A stretch of DNA of 64,000 bases from Macrostomum lignano (GCA_002269645.1 NIVC01001735.1:62001-126000), one strand, 5' to 3'; positions 34,670 through 48,116 are shown, counted from the stretch's first letter. Notes: generated by a model from the sequence alone, not told the origin. Made by a program: numbers and translations.

Positions 34670-35712
34670 ATCATGTCTGTGCCATCCAGCTGCGGCCTGA
34701 GGTGCATCTTCCACTGGGTAGTCTACAGTGTGATCATGGCTGTGCCATCCAGCTGCGGCCTGAGGTGCATCTTCCACTGGGTAGTCTACATTGTGATCAT
34801 GGCTGTGCCATCCAGCTGCGGCCTGAGGTGCATCTTCCACTGGGTAGTCTACAGTGTGATCATGGCTGTGCCATCCAGCTGCGGCCTGAGGTGCATCTTC
34901 CACTGGGTAGTCTACATTGTGATCATGGCTGTGCCATCCAGCTGCGGCCTGAGGTGCATCTTCCACTGGGTAGTCTACAGTGTGATCATGGCTGTGCCAT
35001 CCAGCTGCGGCCTGATTTGCATCTTCCACTGGGTAGTCTACATGTGATCATGGCTGTGCCATCCAGCTGCGTCCTGAGGTGCATCTTCCACTGGGTAGTC
35101 TACAGTGTGATCATGGCTGTGCCATCCAGCTGTGGCTTGAGGTGCATCTTCCACTGGGTAGTCTACAGTGTGATCATGGCTGTGCCATCCAGCTGCGTCC
35201 TAAGGTGCATCTTCCACTGGGTAGTCCACAGTGTGATCATGGCTGTGCCATCCAGCTGCGTCCTGAGGTGCATCTTCCACTGGGTAGTCTACAGTGTGAT
35301 CATGGCTGTGCCATCCAGCTGCGGCCTGAGGTGCATCTTCCACTGGGTAGTCTACATTGTGATCATGGCTGTGCCATCCAGCTGCGTCCTGAGGTGCATC
35401 TTCCACTGGGTAGTCTACAGTGTGATCATGGCTGTGCCATCCAGCTGCGGCCTGAGGTGCATCTTCCACTGGGTAGTCTACATTGTGATCATGGCTGTGC
35501 CATCCAGCTGCGTCCTGAGGTGCATCTTCCACTGGGTAGTCTACAGTGTGATCATGGCTGTGCCATCCAGCTGCAGCCTGAGGTGCATCTTCCACTGGGT
35601 AGTCTACATTGTGATCATGGCTGTGCCATCCAGCTGCGGCCTGAGGTGCATCTTCCACTGGGTAGTCTACAGTCTCATGTCTGTGCTATCCAGCTGCGGC
35701 TTGAGGTGCCTT
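34670..35712. repeat. 63-bp minisatellite (tgtgccatccagctgcggcctgaggtgcatcttccactgggtagtctacagtgtgatcatggc)n
   Basis: About 16.5 units. Confidence 0.97.
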
Positions 35713-36018
35713 CAGTAAGATGGCCTATTGAAGCCATCAATCATTGATTTCTATTAATCTCATGATTAACCACTTATAGTACCATTTACATGTAGAAATT
35801 TAACTACAAATTTGCTTTTGCTTTTCACTTTTTCCAGGAGGGATGTACAGCTGGGTAAAGTAGGGAAATAAACCAGACGGGTGAGGTCAGGAAGAGAGGA
35901 AGATATGATATCTCAGACTCAATTTCGGCGACTCAGCGGCCGCTTTCTCCTATTGGCTGAGCTCAGTGCTCCCAAGCGTGAGCCACGAGTGAAACCGTCT
36001 ATTTTCTGCCAGGGCAAA

Positions 36019-37140
36019 ATGCTTTCTAGCATCCCAGACGAGGTGCTGCTTGATCTTGATCGCCGGTTTTCTGGTCGCCTTCGTATTGATCGGGGCCAAC
36101 GATGTCGCTAACAGTTTCGGCACCTCAGTGGGCTCCGGGGTGCTCAGCCTACGCCAAGCCTGCGTCTTGGCCACCGTCTCCGAGGTCGCCGGCGCTATGC
36201 TGCTCGGCGCCAAGGTGTCCGACACCATTCGGAAGGGCATTGTGGACGTGGATCTGTACAGCGGCGGTCAGCTTAGCAACGGCACGGATACGAAAACCGA
36301 CAGGCCCAAGCTGATGATGCTTGGCCAGTTGTCCAGCCTCTCCGGAGCTTGCCTGTGGCTGCTGGCCGGCACTTTTCTTCGCGTGCCTGTCTCTGGAACG
36401 CATGCCATTGTTGGCGCTACTGTGGGCTTCTCCATGGTGGCCAGCGGCTCTGCCGGGGTGCAATGGACCAAGCTGGGGCTCATTAGTCAGTGACTGCTGC
36501 TGCTAGGCGGAGGGCTGGAGACGAGAGGAGAGAAAAGGTGAGGAGATTTGAGAAAATGAGATGGGAGATTACAGACATGTAAAAGAAGAAGGAAAGAGGA
36601 GAGGTGGGGTGAGGAGAGGAGAGGAGAGGAGAGGAGAGGAGAGGATAGGAGAGGAGAGGAGAGGAGAGGAGAAGAGAGGAGAGGAGAAGAGGAGAAGAGA
36701 GGAGAGGAGAGTAGAGGAGAGGAGAAGAGAGGAGAGGAGAGGAGAGGAGAGGAGAGGAGAGGAGAAGAGAGGAGAGGAGAGTAGAGGAGAGGAGAAGAGA
36801 GGAGAGGAGAGTAGAGGAGAGGAGAAGAGAGGAGAGGAGAGGAGAGGAGGGAAAGGAGAGGAGAGGAGAGGAGAGGAGAATCGTTTGTTGAATAGTAGAA
36901 ATTTCAACGTCTGCTTAGACAATAAGTGTAATCTTTTTTCAGATTTCTCCTTATACTAATCATCCAACGTCGGCATCTCCAATCAGCACCACCCACTACT
37001 GCAGGTTGGCAGCGTCGGCTTCTTTTGCAACGGGAAAAGCGTGCGCTGGTCGATTTTTCGCAACATTCTGCTCGCCTGGCTGGTCAAGCTGCCCGTTAGC
37101 GCCGTGATCAGCGCCGGGATCATGGCCGCGCAGCCTGCGA
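36019..37140 (+). pseudogene. SLC20A: SLC20A/PiT (PHO4 family) phosphate transporter, frameshifted and internally deleted
   Basis: GANDVANSFGTSVGSG, GAKVSDTIRKGIVD and PVSGTHAIVGA; 3' remnant SNVG/PISTTH/VGSV/VRWSIFRNILLAWLVKLPVSAVISAGIM. The ATG at 36019 is out of frame with the body and the middle of the protein is absent. Confidence 0.82.
36598..36880. repeat. (GAGGA)n polypurine microsatellite
   Basis: Seen directly. Confidence 0.95.
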
Positions 37141-37542
37141 GTCACTGCAAGTGCAATGTGACGCTGATCAACCACAAAATTAAGAGTTGCGCTGAATTTT
37201 CCCGATGTGCGTGCCATCCAGATTTGGCGATTCCATCATATGGGCTCATGGCACCCGCATCGTGGCCATTAATAAAATCAGCTTTAAATGTACATTAATT
37301 GCGTCTACATAATTAATATTGTATACGTTCATTGTGTTAAACTGCATGCATGTTTTTTAAATACTTTCGTTACATATATTAAACGAGCAAAATAAATTTA
37401 GGCTTGTTCCATGCAGTGTTTAAATACGAGTACTCGAGGTGCTTCAATACTAACATAGAAAACTCGAAGTTTTCTTTCAATTCCTCTGTGATTTCGTTAG
37501 AATTACTCTTGTAGCGAGGAATACACATGCATGTCAGCTAAA

Positions 37543-37760
37543 ATCCCAGTCTCTGCTCACGCGCGTATTCCGCGCGTATTACGCGTGTCAATCACGTGCG
37601 TAATACACACGTAATTGACGCGCGGGAAACACACGTTTTGTGTCACTTTTTTTACGCGAATCTACGCGCGTAATATACGCGCAGAATACCCGTGTGAAGT
37701 ACGCGCCGAAAACGCGCGCTTTACGCACACTTTACACGAATAATATGCGCATATGTGTAT
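37543..37760. mobile_element. ACGCGT/CGCG-rich dispersed element starting atcccagtctctg
   Basis: The same terminus occurs inverted at ~45885 (cagagactgggat) with shared acgcgtaatacgcg motifs. Confidence 0.55.
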
Positions 37761-37944
37761 TATTTATCCATTAAATACGCGGCTGAAAGATAAAGATTGA
37801 GGCACGTTTGTGGCACATATCAACATATTTTTAATATGGTAGGCTCGCAAAATGCACGGTAAATGTATTAAAATTTGATATTGGTATTGATATATAAGTT
37901 GAAAACGATTACATGCATTTAAATAGATACGACATATTCATCCT

Positions 37945-38900
37945 GATCGCGCAATTTGAGAGGCGTGCGGTGGATCCATGACGACATAGCTAATCATCTT
38001 TGCCAGCACCATAATAAAAGAGCACAATGAGAAGCTGCGCAACTGCATCGACAGGCTGCGCCAACACAAGGTGACTCTGAACCCGCGCAAATGCCGCATC
38101 GCAACCCAGCAGGCTGATCGACTTCCTGGCCAGGCGGCCAGGGAATCCAACCGACCGAGTAAAAACTGGAGGCTGTGGCCAACTTCAACCGACCATAAAA
38201 ATCTGCAACGGAGGAGCTGTGCTTTCTCGGACTCGTCACATTCGTAGGCCTCCCTTAACCTTCATCCCTCATCCCGAGGCCATTTTGAAACTAACCAAGA
38301 AGATGTGAAATGGTCGTGGGGCCCACAGCAAGCCTCGATTCAGCCTTCCAGTCCATCAAGTTGATCGCACAAAGCTGCACGCTTGCCTTATTTAACAAGA
38401 ACTGCGAGACCAGGCAGATTGTCGCCCCAGCCCGCCGGCGCGATACTCGCCCAGGTGAAACCAGGCCAATCGCCTACGCCAGCCGCAGCTTCAGTGACAC
38501 CAAACAGCGCTACTTGCAGACAGAAAGGGAGGCGCTGGTCCTCAAATTCTACCACTACCTTAGTGGCTACCCAAAGTCCAGGGTCATCGGTCATCACCGA
38601 CCACAAGCTGCTGGTCAGCCTGCTCAGCCCCGGTTCGCGGCTCCCACTGCGGATCGAGCGCATGGCACTTCAGCTGCAGAACCTCCTTCAAGGTCACCTA
38701 TATACCAGCTGGGGGTGACAACCCGGCAGATGTCCTGAGCCGCCAGATACATGTATGTCCAACACCGTCAAACTACGAGGGCAAGGATCTTGACATGGTC
38801 TACATCGCAATGGCAGCTGACAGCAGCGCCAACAGCATCAGCATCGGGACGATCAAGGTGGCCTCCGCATGTGACAGGGCGATCCAAACCGCCGTATCCA
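37945..38900 (+). mobile_element. Ty3/gypsy LTR-retrotransposon pol remnant (RT C-terminus and RNase H), heavily frameshifted
   Basis: RNLRGVRWIHDDI, LNPRKCRI, RPIAYASRSFSDTKQRYLQTEREAL, VITDHK.LV and LRIERMALQL. Confidence 0.88.
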
Positions 38901-41680
38901 GGCCCGTCCCTGCATGCTGTCCGTCAGAGGCTGAAGCTGTCGGCTGTAAATCTGCTTAATTGGAGCGGGTGTAATCAATTAATAATAATATAATATTATC
39001 ATTATTATTACCTCACTGCATTTGTAATGCATTTTTGCAGGCGCCACTAAAATGCAGCATCTGTCTAAAATGATTCAGTTTATTCAGCTGTCATGTCAGC
39101 TGGAAGATTGACAGCCAGCTAAGTTGCCACCTATAAGTTTGCCAAGCTTGCCAAGGTTGTCCTGTAGTCGAAGTTTGCCAGCTTAAGGCAGTCAGAAAGA
39201 GGCGGCTAGATCTAGTGTAAAAATATGTTTCATTGTTAATTATTTTAGCGTTGGTTTTCATGCCATTAAAACAGTATAAATTGATTTCCATGCAGAGCCA
39301 GTTGAATACCATACCAAATTCATAAAATTTATGCTTTAATCAATTGAAGTGGTGACAAAATTGAGCAAAAAATACTATGTTTCATCCTAGAAGTGACAAT
39401 CATACAAAAAATTCAAAATTCTATTCTAAATTACATTAAAGTATAATTAATGTTGTTTTGTTTTGTTGTGTTATTTTTACTTAAAAGTTGTATACATTTC
39501 TCACTTTTCAACATTTTGAAAATGTTTATTTAATTTTGAAATATAGTTAAAGACAATGGTGGTAGGAATATTTAAACATGGTAAAAATTGTTTTTAGTTG
39601 CACATTTCGAGATTCATAGTTTTCCTTTCCATGCTATTCAGTCAAAGGGATATTTGATTTTGTGAATGTTTTATGATATAGAATTACAATATATACAAGC
39701 TACCAGAAAAATTATGCCATATGCCTACTAAATATCTATAAGAATTTTGAAAAGCATATATTCCAGACATCATGCATTGGAGTTACAATCAGAATTCAGT
39801 TTTTATTTCATTCATTACAACCTTTAAATGTATTGAAACATTAATTATTGAATTTATTGACTATGTTATAGACATAGTCAAAGATGATTGGAAGTATAAT
39901 ATCTAGATAGACTATAGTGATTAAAATCAGGCTAGTTTAACTTGATTTTGATAGTATGCAACACTTTTTTGGTGCATGAATGGTAATATATTTTTATTTA
40001 TAATGTCATGAAATACTCATATATACATATAACTACTAGTAATAGTATGCAAAAAGGGGCAACACAAAATTCATTCAATTAATAAATAAACAGTATTTAG
40101 GACTCTAATTTAAATTGTAGAAGTCTTAATAGATATAGGCATATAGCTTATAAATTATAATACAATAAAACTTTTTTGAAGCACAACTAAGCAATATTCC
40201 CAATAAGTTTTCAGAATAATGTCAATTTTTAGCCAAATATATAGTAGGCATCTGTTAAATTTAGTGTTAATATCTATTCTCTAACCAATAAAATCTATAA
40301 TTGACAAACTAGGCCTAATATAGCAATTTATCTTTTTTTACCTTTATATACACTTTTAAATACTTTTATATATGCATTATAGCTTAACTATAAGATATAT
40401 AGTGCATTTTTAAGTAAAAATACTTTAGATGCACATTTCTAGTACTTCTAAGGGTTGAATGAGAACAAATTGATAAATTGACTTTAATCAAGCTGAAGAA
40501 AAATAAGGAGATGCTTTGTATACTTGAATTATTCTTAAGAATTGTTTTGAAGCCCAGTTGTATGTTTTTCCAATCGAATAAATATACAATATACACTATA
40601 ATAATTAATAAACACGCAAAAGGATACAATGCAACCTAGTTACATGGATTAATCAAGAATCATATGAATTCTTGAATATGGTATAAAAAGGACAACAGCT
40701 CCCTGGTAACGTGTCGACTGAGGTCTCTACTGGACATTTTTCGCTTTGGACCGATTTTGTCACGAAGCGAAAACTTAAATTGGTGCTTCATTTGTGTCCG
40801 CGACCGCGGGTAGAATGCGCGTAAAACAACACGATCTTTACGCGCGTAAAATTGTGCGTTTGAATACGCGATGTTTACGCCAAGGACTTCTAGACTAGCA
40901 GGACGTAAAACTCAAAGATCGTGTAAATTTTTAGGAGGACGATTTCCTGGAAAAAATACACTGCGGAGATAGGAGCAAATCATTTTTTCATCACAAAATC
41001 AATGATTGCATTTGATCTAAGGCAGCTAAGATAACCATTCTTTTTATTTAGCACGCACAACATGTTACTCTATTATATTTTAATGTAGTTGTGTCTTGAA
41101 AGTTTCATCTTCATATTATTTTCTTTTTATTTCATAAGCCCCAAGTTGCAAAATACTCACAAGTGGCATTAGCCGAACTTTGTATTTTTCCTTTTTAAAA
41201 TCAAGTATATTTGCAATAAAAATGCTGCATTACGGTACTATTAAGCCATTATTGTAGGTATAATTCCATTTCAATGTAGTAACTATACTAATAGACCTGT
41301 CTATGTAGTTAAATATATAAGGACAATATTTACAATATGCCCCCACCATTTTCATTTTTCTTGTTTTACCTAGGCCTCAAGTCTTTAGAAAGCTATCAGT
41401 TTTTACCTGAAAGCCAGACAGAAAAAAATGGTTAGGGCCTAGGCCTAGTCACAAAAATGGGCACTAACCTTTTTTCTAGGTTTTTACACTTTTAATTAGG
41501 CTTAGATTTTTAATTTTTTATTGCAAATTTGAATACACTATACTATATAAACTAGGCCTAGCACCCAGCTGGTTTAGGTTTACCTTCCTTGAATTATATA
41601 TTTTGTTGAATATAATACCTTTAAAATTGCAATTTTAGTTTGTAATGGTATATTTCATATCATATTTGAATCATAGGCCT

Positions 41681-41859
41681 CATACATGCGCAACCTTGGG
41701 AATCATTCGGCCATTTCTATTGGCAACACAGAACACACACATGTAAGTTGCTATTGGATGGAATAGTAGTCACGTGATTGCTCTCAGCCAATAGCAACTT
41801 ATATATGTGTGTTGCCAATAGAAATGGCCGGGTGAATCCCTAGGTTGCACCCAAGCATG
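41681..41859. mobile_element. Palindromic MITE, copy 2 (8-bp TSD ataggcct), core inverted relative to the ends
   Basis: Homologous to 7511-7682; ataggcct at 41673-41680 and 41860-41867. Confidence 0.9.
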
Positions 41860-43623
41860 ATAGGCCTAATTATTAGATTATTATGATAGGTCTTTTATTA
41901 TAAACTAAAAAATGGGTAATACAATACTGCATGCCCACATTTATCTTAACTTTAGCATTTATTTACTATTGAAACTAGGCCTAGGCCTTATTGCACTCAT
42001 AAAGCTTTGAAACTAGGAATATTTAGGCCTATTCATTTTACTACCTTATATCTATTTATAAAACTAAGCTGGCTCTAATAATTGACAATGAAAATCTAGT
42101 TTTTAGTATTAATTTAAAATTTGTTTATTAATTTAGTTATCTATATTCAGTTTTAATTTTATTTTTTATAGGTAAATATGATTTTTTAATTAGTATTATT
42201 TAATAACTTAGATTTTGGCTATTAGGGTCTAATCCAAATACTAAATAGTACTTAGATGTCTAATTGTTACATTTTTATTCAATAATCTTTAATTTTACTA
42301 TAAGTATTTTGTACCAATATATTATCCTATCATCTATCTTAATAGATAGATAGTTATCATGCCAATTAAATTTTTGGTAGTAACTTACACTAGCAACCAT
42401 TTTAGACAAAAGGCTGCAAAATCTAATCTTGTTAGATTTCAAACAGATTTCCTTATGATATAAATTATGTCTAGCATTGTATTTGACATACTTAATCCTT
42501 TGATCTTTCCAGTGCCTATCTGACTTCAGTGGAAATTTTTGCAAAGCATCAACCTGCTAAAATGCCATTGCACAAGATGATATACTTTTGGATACCAATT
42601 AAAGTGATCCACAAAGTGTCTTTCCTGACACCACAAGGTCTTCATTACATTTGACTTTAGCAAGTGAGTAAATTTTCTAAATGTTGTTTTTTTAATATAT
42701 GGATAAGGGTTAGTAAAAAGCAAGGGTCAATGTGGTTGGGGCAAAAGATGATATATCCTTACCTTTTACATGGCTAGTTTCCCTAAATTTATGATGGCAT
42801 AGTTTGTAGCAAAATTTATGGTATAACCTTTTAGGAAAGTTCATTCCAATGAAAAGACAAAATTTCTCATTTTACCATTGCCCATACCTACCAACATTTT
42901 AGTGTGGTGGATGGACTCCAGCACTAGGCCTATTGCTCATCATTGCAGCACTCAAGTCAAAGTTTTGCATTTTTGGGCTTCCAACATCAACTAGAGCGAT
43001 AGTCTCAATTGGAGGCCATGGAAAGCAATCTCAAGCATGCTGGTAGAGCCTGGTGCCAACCTTGGAAAGAATTTGGAGCCCACCTGATTGTTAATCATTT
43101 TTCATCTGGCAGCTGCAACTGAGCATTGGAAATGGAATTCACTATATCTATAACTGGCCAGCGGGAACTGCACACTGAGAAGCAATGCCCATGTCCTTCA
43201 CCCCACATAACATTGAGGTCTCACTTTAGTGGTCTTAGCGATGTAGGATGCGATCTTCATAGACATGCCATTGAACCTGATCTGCTATGCCACATCTCAA
43301 GAAAGCTGACTAATGTTTTAAGGGTATAGTGCGGCAAGACTGAGTCTGATAGATAGTCCAATTTCAGCCACTGTAGGCCGACTGTGCAAAATTAATTGAA
43401 GCAAATAAGCTTCATGGTACTTGCTAATTTGCCAATTTTTTCTCTTTTTAAATACTGATATCTGCTTTTCTGTTTAGTTTAGCTACAAGTTGCGCAGCCA
43501 TTGGAGCTAAGGCCGCCCACGCATTGCCTGGATGTAGTGCTCCTCACTAACCCCGTGCATAAAACTCCACATGGCCATGACAATCCAACTGCACTGTTAG
43601 TTCCACAAAAAAATTCTATGCCG

Positions 43624-43793
43624 CATACATGCGCAACCTGGGGAATCACTCGGCCGTTTCTATTGGCAACACACATGTAAGTCGCTATTGGCTGAGAATA
43701 GTCACGTGACTACTATTCCATCCAATAGCAACTTACATGTGTGTGTTGCCAATAGAAACGGCCGGGTGAATCCCTAGGTTGCGCCCAGGCATG
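43624..43793. mobile_element. Palindromic MITE, copy 3 (TSD ctatgccg/ctatgcct)
   Basis: Whole-element reverse complement of copy 1; 7 of 8 TSD bases match. Confidence 0.9.
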
Positions 43794-45734
43794 CTATGCC
43801 TGGTAAACACTTAACACTACACTGCTGGTTATTATACTCATATTTCGACCTCCAAATTAAGCCAAGCCTTTACAGTATTTAAATTTACTTTTCTGATTTA
43901 CTTTTGATTTACTTCATAGATACAAGTACCATGTCATACAAAATATTTACTCAATTTTGCCCTTGCAGTTGCATATTATGAGCTGTGCATCTTTGTGCCT
44001 GGTTTATTTTTCCATTTCTGAAACATCAAACATTGCAAAAAACCAATTCAAAAACAAAGAACATTTTCTATTTTCTACATCAGTATGTATAAAGAATGTA
44101 TCTATACATTGCTCTTTTAATGTTTCAATGCACTGTATATATATTATAAATTACATCTTACATTCTTTGCAAGTCAAAACAGTTGAAAGTTCACATTTCA
44201 GATCTGTGAAACAAAATAAAATTCATTTGAAATGAAAAAAAGTCTTGTCTTTTTTATTTACTAAGGTGAAAGAGAAGTTATTAACTTTGAGTTATTTATA
44301 AGAAAGACATCACCAGCAAAAATTAAGGTAGTGCCAATGAGTCTTGAAGTGCTAGTGTCAGCCAGCAAGCAGTTAAAGAACTGCAGTTGCTCATCTTGAA
44401 TGCAGTGCACAGTAGAATAGCCTCAAAGCTTGATGTTGTCTGGTTACTAGAGCACAGCAATCTTCTGTATGTTGACAACCAAACCAATTGCCAGCACAAA
44501 ACCAACCAGCCTGCCTAGCTTTTTGGGTGGCAGGCTAGGTCACTGAGTTGTGACAAGTGAGCAGGACATGGAATGCCATAATGCAATCATTAGGTTGATC
44601 AAACATGAAGCATTCGCCAATACACAGCTAGTAGATAAGCTCAGAATGTAGGCTGAAAATCAGGCAGTGGCAATTGAGGCTTGTTGCTGGCAGCTGAAAC
44701 AAAATATGTTGAAATATAAAGAATTTAATTGTTCAGGGTTAGTGCAAAAATAAATATTATCAAAGGTTGTCAATTGTATTTTAATATATAAGTCAACATA
44801 AAAAAAAAGCTAATACATAAGCAAAAGGTACAAAAATTCAATTAGAAGTTTTACTACTATATGATGTAAATTTTTAGCTAAAAAAGTAATTTAAACTTAA
44901 AATAGTACACATATAAAACTATTTTAACAAATTCCTTTTTCTTAAACTATTATTTAACATTTACCTTTTCTAACAACTAATCTATTTATTTTGTTAATTA
45001 TTAATGCAAATATATTTCTTATTAACACATTTTAACCTATAAAACTTGCAATTTAATAATAATAATAATAATAATATTAAAAGTTACATACTAAAAAAAT
45101 CTAGAATATTTCTTATAGATAGGCCTACTTAGTAAAAATGGTTAGAGCTTGTTTTTGTGCCTAGGTCTATATGACTATATTCTTGGTCCTATATATGCAG
45201 GTCTAGCTTAAAAAACTGATAGCTTTCTAAAGACTTGAGGCCTAGGTAAAACAAGAAAAATGAAAATGGTGGGGGCATATTGTAAATATTGTCCTTATAT
45301 ATTTAACTACATAGACAGGTCTATTAGTATAGTTACTACATTGAAATGGAATTATACCTACAATAATGGCTTAATAGTACCGTAATGCAGCATTTTTATT
45401 GCAAATATACTTGATTTTAAAAAGGAAAAATACAAAGTTCGGCTAATGCCACTTGTGAGTATTTTGCAACTTGGGGCTTATGAAATAAAAAGAAAATAAT
45501 ATGAAGATGAAACTTTCAAGACACAACTACATTAAAATATAATAGAGTAACATGTTGTGCGTGCTAAATAAAAAGAATGGTTATCTTAGCTGCCTTAGAT
45601 CAAATGCAATCATTGATTTTGTGATGAAAAAATGATTTGCTCCTATCTCCGCAGTGTATTTTTTCCAGGAAATCGTCCTCCTAAAAATTTACACGATCTT
45701 TGAGTTTTACGTCCTGCTAGTCTAGAAGTCCTTG

Positions 45735-45885
45735 GTTTACGCGTGTAAAACTAGTGTACAAATTAGGCGCGTCGATATATGCAGCAGTTACACGCGTAAT
45801 ACGCGTGTATTCGCAGTGTAAAATTTACGCGCGTCGCTTACGCAGTAATTACACGCGTAATACGCGCTGCGTCAGAGACTGGGAT
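45735..45885. mobile_element. Right part of an ACGCGT-rich element split by the long-TIR element (left part ~40790-40880)
   Basis: CGCG-rich sequence on both sides of the TSD; ends cagagactgggat, like the 37543 copy. Confidence 0.55.
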
Positions 45886-46859
45886 GCATTTAAAACCCAC
45901 TTATTTCGTTTTAAGAATTGTAATTCATTTTAAGGACAACTAAAGTAGTTAAGCCTATTGTAGAGGTTTGGTACTATTAGTCCTTGATTAATTTTAGTCC
46001 AGGCTGTGCTAATACGCTGTGCTTATTCGGTGATCTTCGGTGAAGCCAAAGTGGAAAAAAACTTATGGTGAATTTTAGCAACAAAACCTGCTGCTTGGTG
46101 AGTTCTCATCGTGAAGAGGCAGAATAATTGCATACATGCTATACATACAGTAAAAATTAAACGTCGATTTTGGGCACTTGGGCCCAGACCCAGACAAGTC
46201 CGTGATGTTATTTAATTGAAGTCAATTTTCTGCCAATGAGGAAAACCTAAATTTTCTTGCTAAGTGTAAAATTATGCAGTAAATGCTTTAAAAACGAAGA
46301 AATATTTCGCTAAAATTACTTCTTTATCGAGCTTGCTACTTATTGCTATCAAAGCTTAGTTTTAACGTGTGAATGGCTAAGATTTTTTCCTGGAAAAGCT
46401 ACCACTAATTCGAAAGAGAACTGAAATTCCATTTAATTTGCATGTTAAGTTGTTAAGTTGTGTAACATAATATTTTTATTGACCTACCGTATTGTAATGA
46501 TTAGTTGGTGATTAGTTGTCTTTTTTATCTATCATACGACATTTAAGGCTTTTACCTAGGACTACCTAGGGTTTCTGCTTGTGCCTAGGGTTTCGCTTAG
46601 CCTTAGGTTTATTGAATCGTGACGTTTTTGTGAGTCGTTTTTATTTTCCTGGGAGGTTGTTGTTGACAATGGTATCTGGGTCAGTGACTAGATTGCCCTG
46701 GTAATACTTAAATTGGGTTGTACGGTTGTACGAATTGGTGAAGAAGGTACGAATTGGTGGAATTGGTGCTCGTATGTAGCGATAGCCAATAGTTTTGCTG
46801 TCTGGCAGAAGCAGCAAAAGAGAGGATGAATAAAAGGTAGCAATGCTAACATCAACATA

Positions 46860-46955
46860 CAGCATCTTTGTTTTGCCATAGTTGATATGGAGCCCCATGC
46901 GCTTCCCCTCATTGGCCAGCCAACTCAACACTCTGTGCAGCTTCAAGGCTTTAGC
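46860..46955 (-). mobile_element. Small LINE RT fragment
   Basis: LHRVLSWLANEGKRMGLHINYGKTKML matches the GL.IN..KTK RT motif. Confidence 0.6.
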
Positions 46956-47560
46956 AAGTCAGTGCTAAGTCATTGGCATATAAGTAAGGCAGGTCAGCTT
47001 GATGCAAGGAAAGCAAGAGTGGGGGGGGGCTAGGCCTAGTGAAGCACCACTTCATAGCCATCTTCACCATACTCTAAATCTGTTACACAGGTATAGATCT
47101 AGACAAAATAAGTATTAATAGTTAATACATTAATAAGCATTAAGATTTTTCATTAATGTTGATGTTAATAGATTGCTAAAGAAGTTAAAGAAGTTAAAAC
47201 ATTACAAATGTATTTGAATTTACCTAAATGCCTAATTAGCCTAATCTCTTTGTTTATGATGATAATCATGCAAATATAACAACTTCTTACTAATGAACTT
47301 TAATAATGAATTAAAATTATGAACTTTATTGCTTGTGCATGAGCATCTGCCATCAATTTGCTTTTATTCACTTCTTTCCTAATCTCTTCTGCTGCACCTG
47401 CTAATGCTACTCAAACAACCTGCCTATTTGTATTTTATCTTATTGGAATAAATGTTGATCCCTATCACTCATGAGAATTACTCATAAATGCCCATCACTT
47501 ATTATATGCTAGAATTTTCTATAATATATTAAGATTCAAAGTGGGATATCTATATTGCAC

Positions 47561-48116
47561 CCATAGTCAGGAAGGTGGCCTCTGAGGAGGAAAATTCCTG
47601 TGCATATAAAGGGTCACAGCGCACATTGGTGCACAAGTGCGGTGCACACAAGGGGTCCTTGGCACACTTGGTGCACAATCATGGCGCACACTGAGGTCCC
47701 TAGCGCATGCGGCGCATAAGGTCCCTGACAAGCATGAAAATTGTAATGCAAATTAACAATTTTACATAAAGAAAAAAGATTTGTATAGTCTAGAAAGTCA
47801 GTGATAAACTTTTTGCTTCTTTAAAATTAACAGTAAATAAAATTAGTATAAATTATTGCTAAAAATGTCAATTTTGCATTACTCTTTTTGTAGGTATAAT
47901 TTAAATTTGTTTAAAATGAAAATATATAAAGCAAATATATAAAGCAATATATATATATATAACATTTTAAAAAGGCTTTTCATATGAAGGCCTTTCTTAG
48001 AAAACTCTACTCGTGAAAAGTGGCACACAGATGACGCACAAATGGTGCATAGACGGTGCACAAATCGTCCCAAAAAAATTATTCTGGCACATACTGTGCC
48101 ACCTTCCTGACTATGG
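47561..48116. mobile_element. 556-bp non-autonomous DNA element, TIR ccatagtcaggaaggtggc, 8-bp TSD tattgcac
   Basis: Perfect 19-bp inverted ends; tattgcac at 47553-47560 and 48117-48124. Confidence 0.85.

Larger units (their letters stand above)
40881..45734. mobile_element. 4.85-kb non-autonomous DNA element with ~525-bp identical TIRs (CAAGG...CCTTG) and 8-bp TSD gtttacgc (P/hAT-like)
   Basis: 40881-~41404 is the reverse complement of ~45211-45734 with no mismatch seen; gtttacgc at 40873-40880 and 45735-45742. Confidence 0.93.

Noticed and set aside
34664-35747. Cys/His-rich repeat ORFs on both strands
   Set aside because: Products of a 63-bp unit with open frames; no unique coding flanks
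40881-45734. Polinton/Maverick identity for the long-TIR element
   Set aside because: It lacks AG-repeat termini and a 6-bp TSD signature, is too short, and shows no pPolB or integrase remnant
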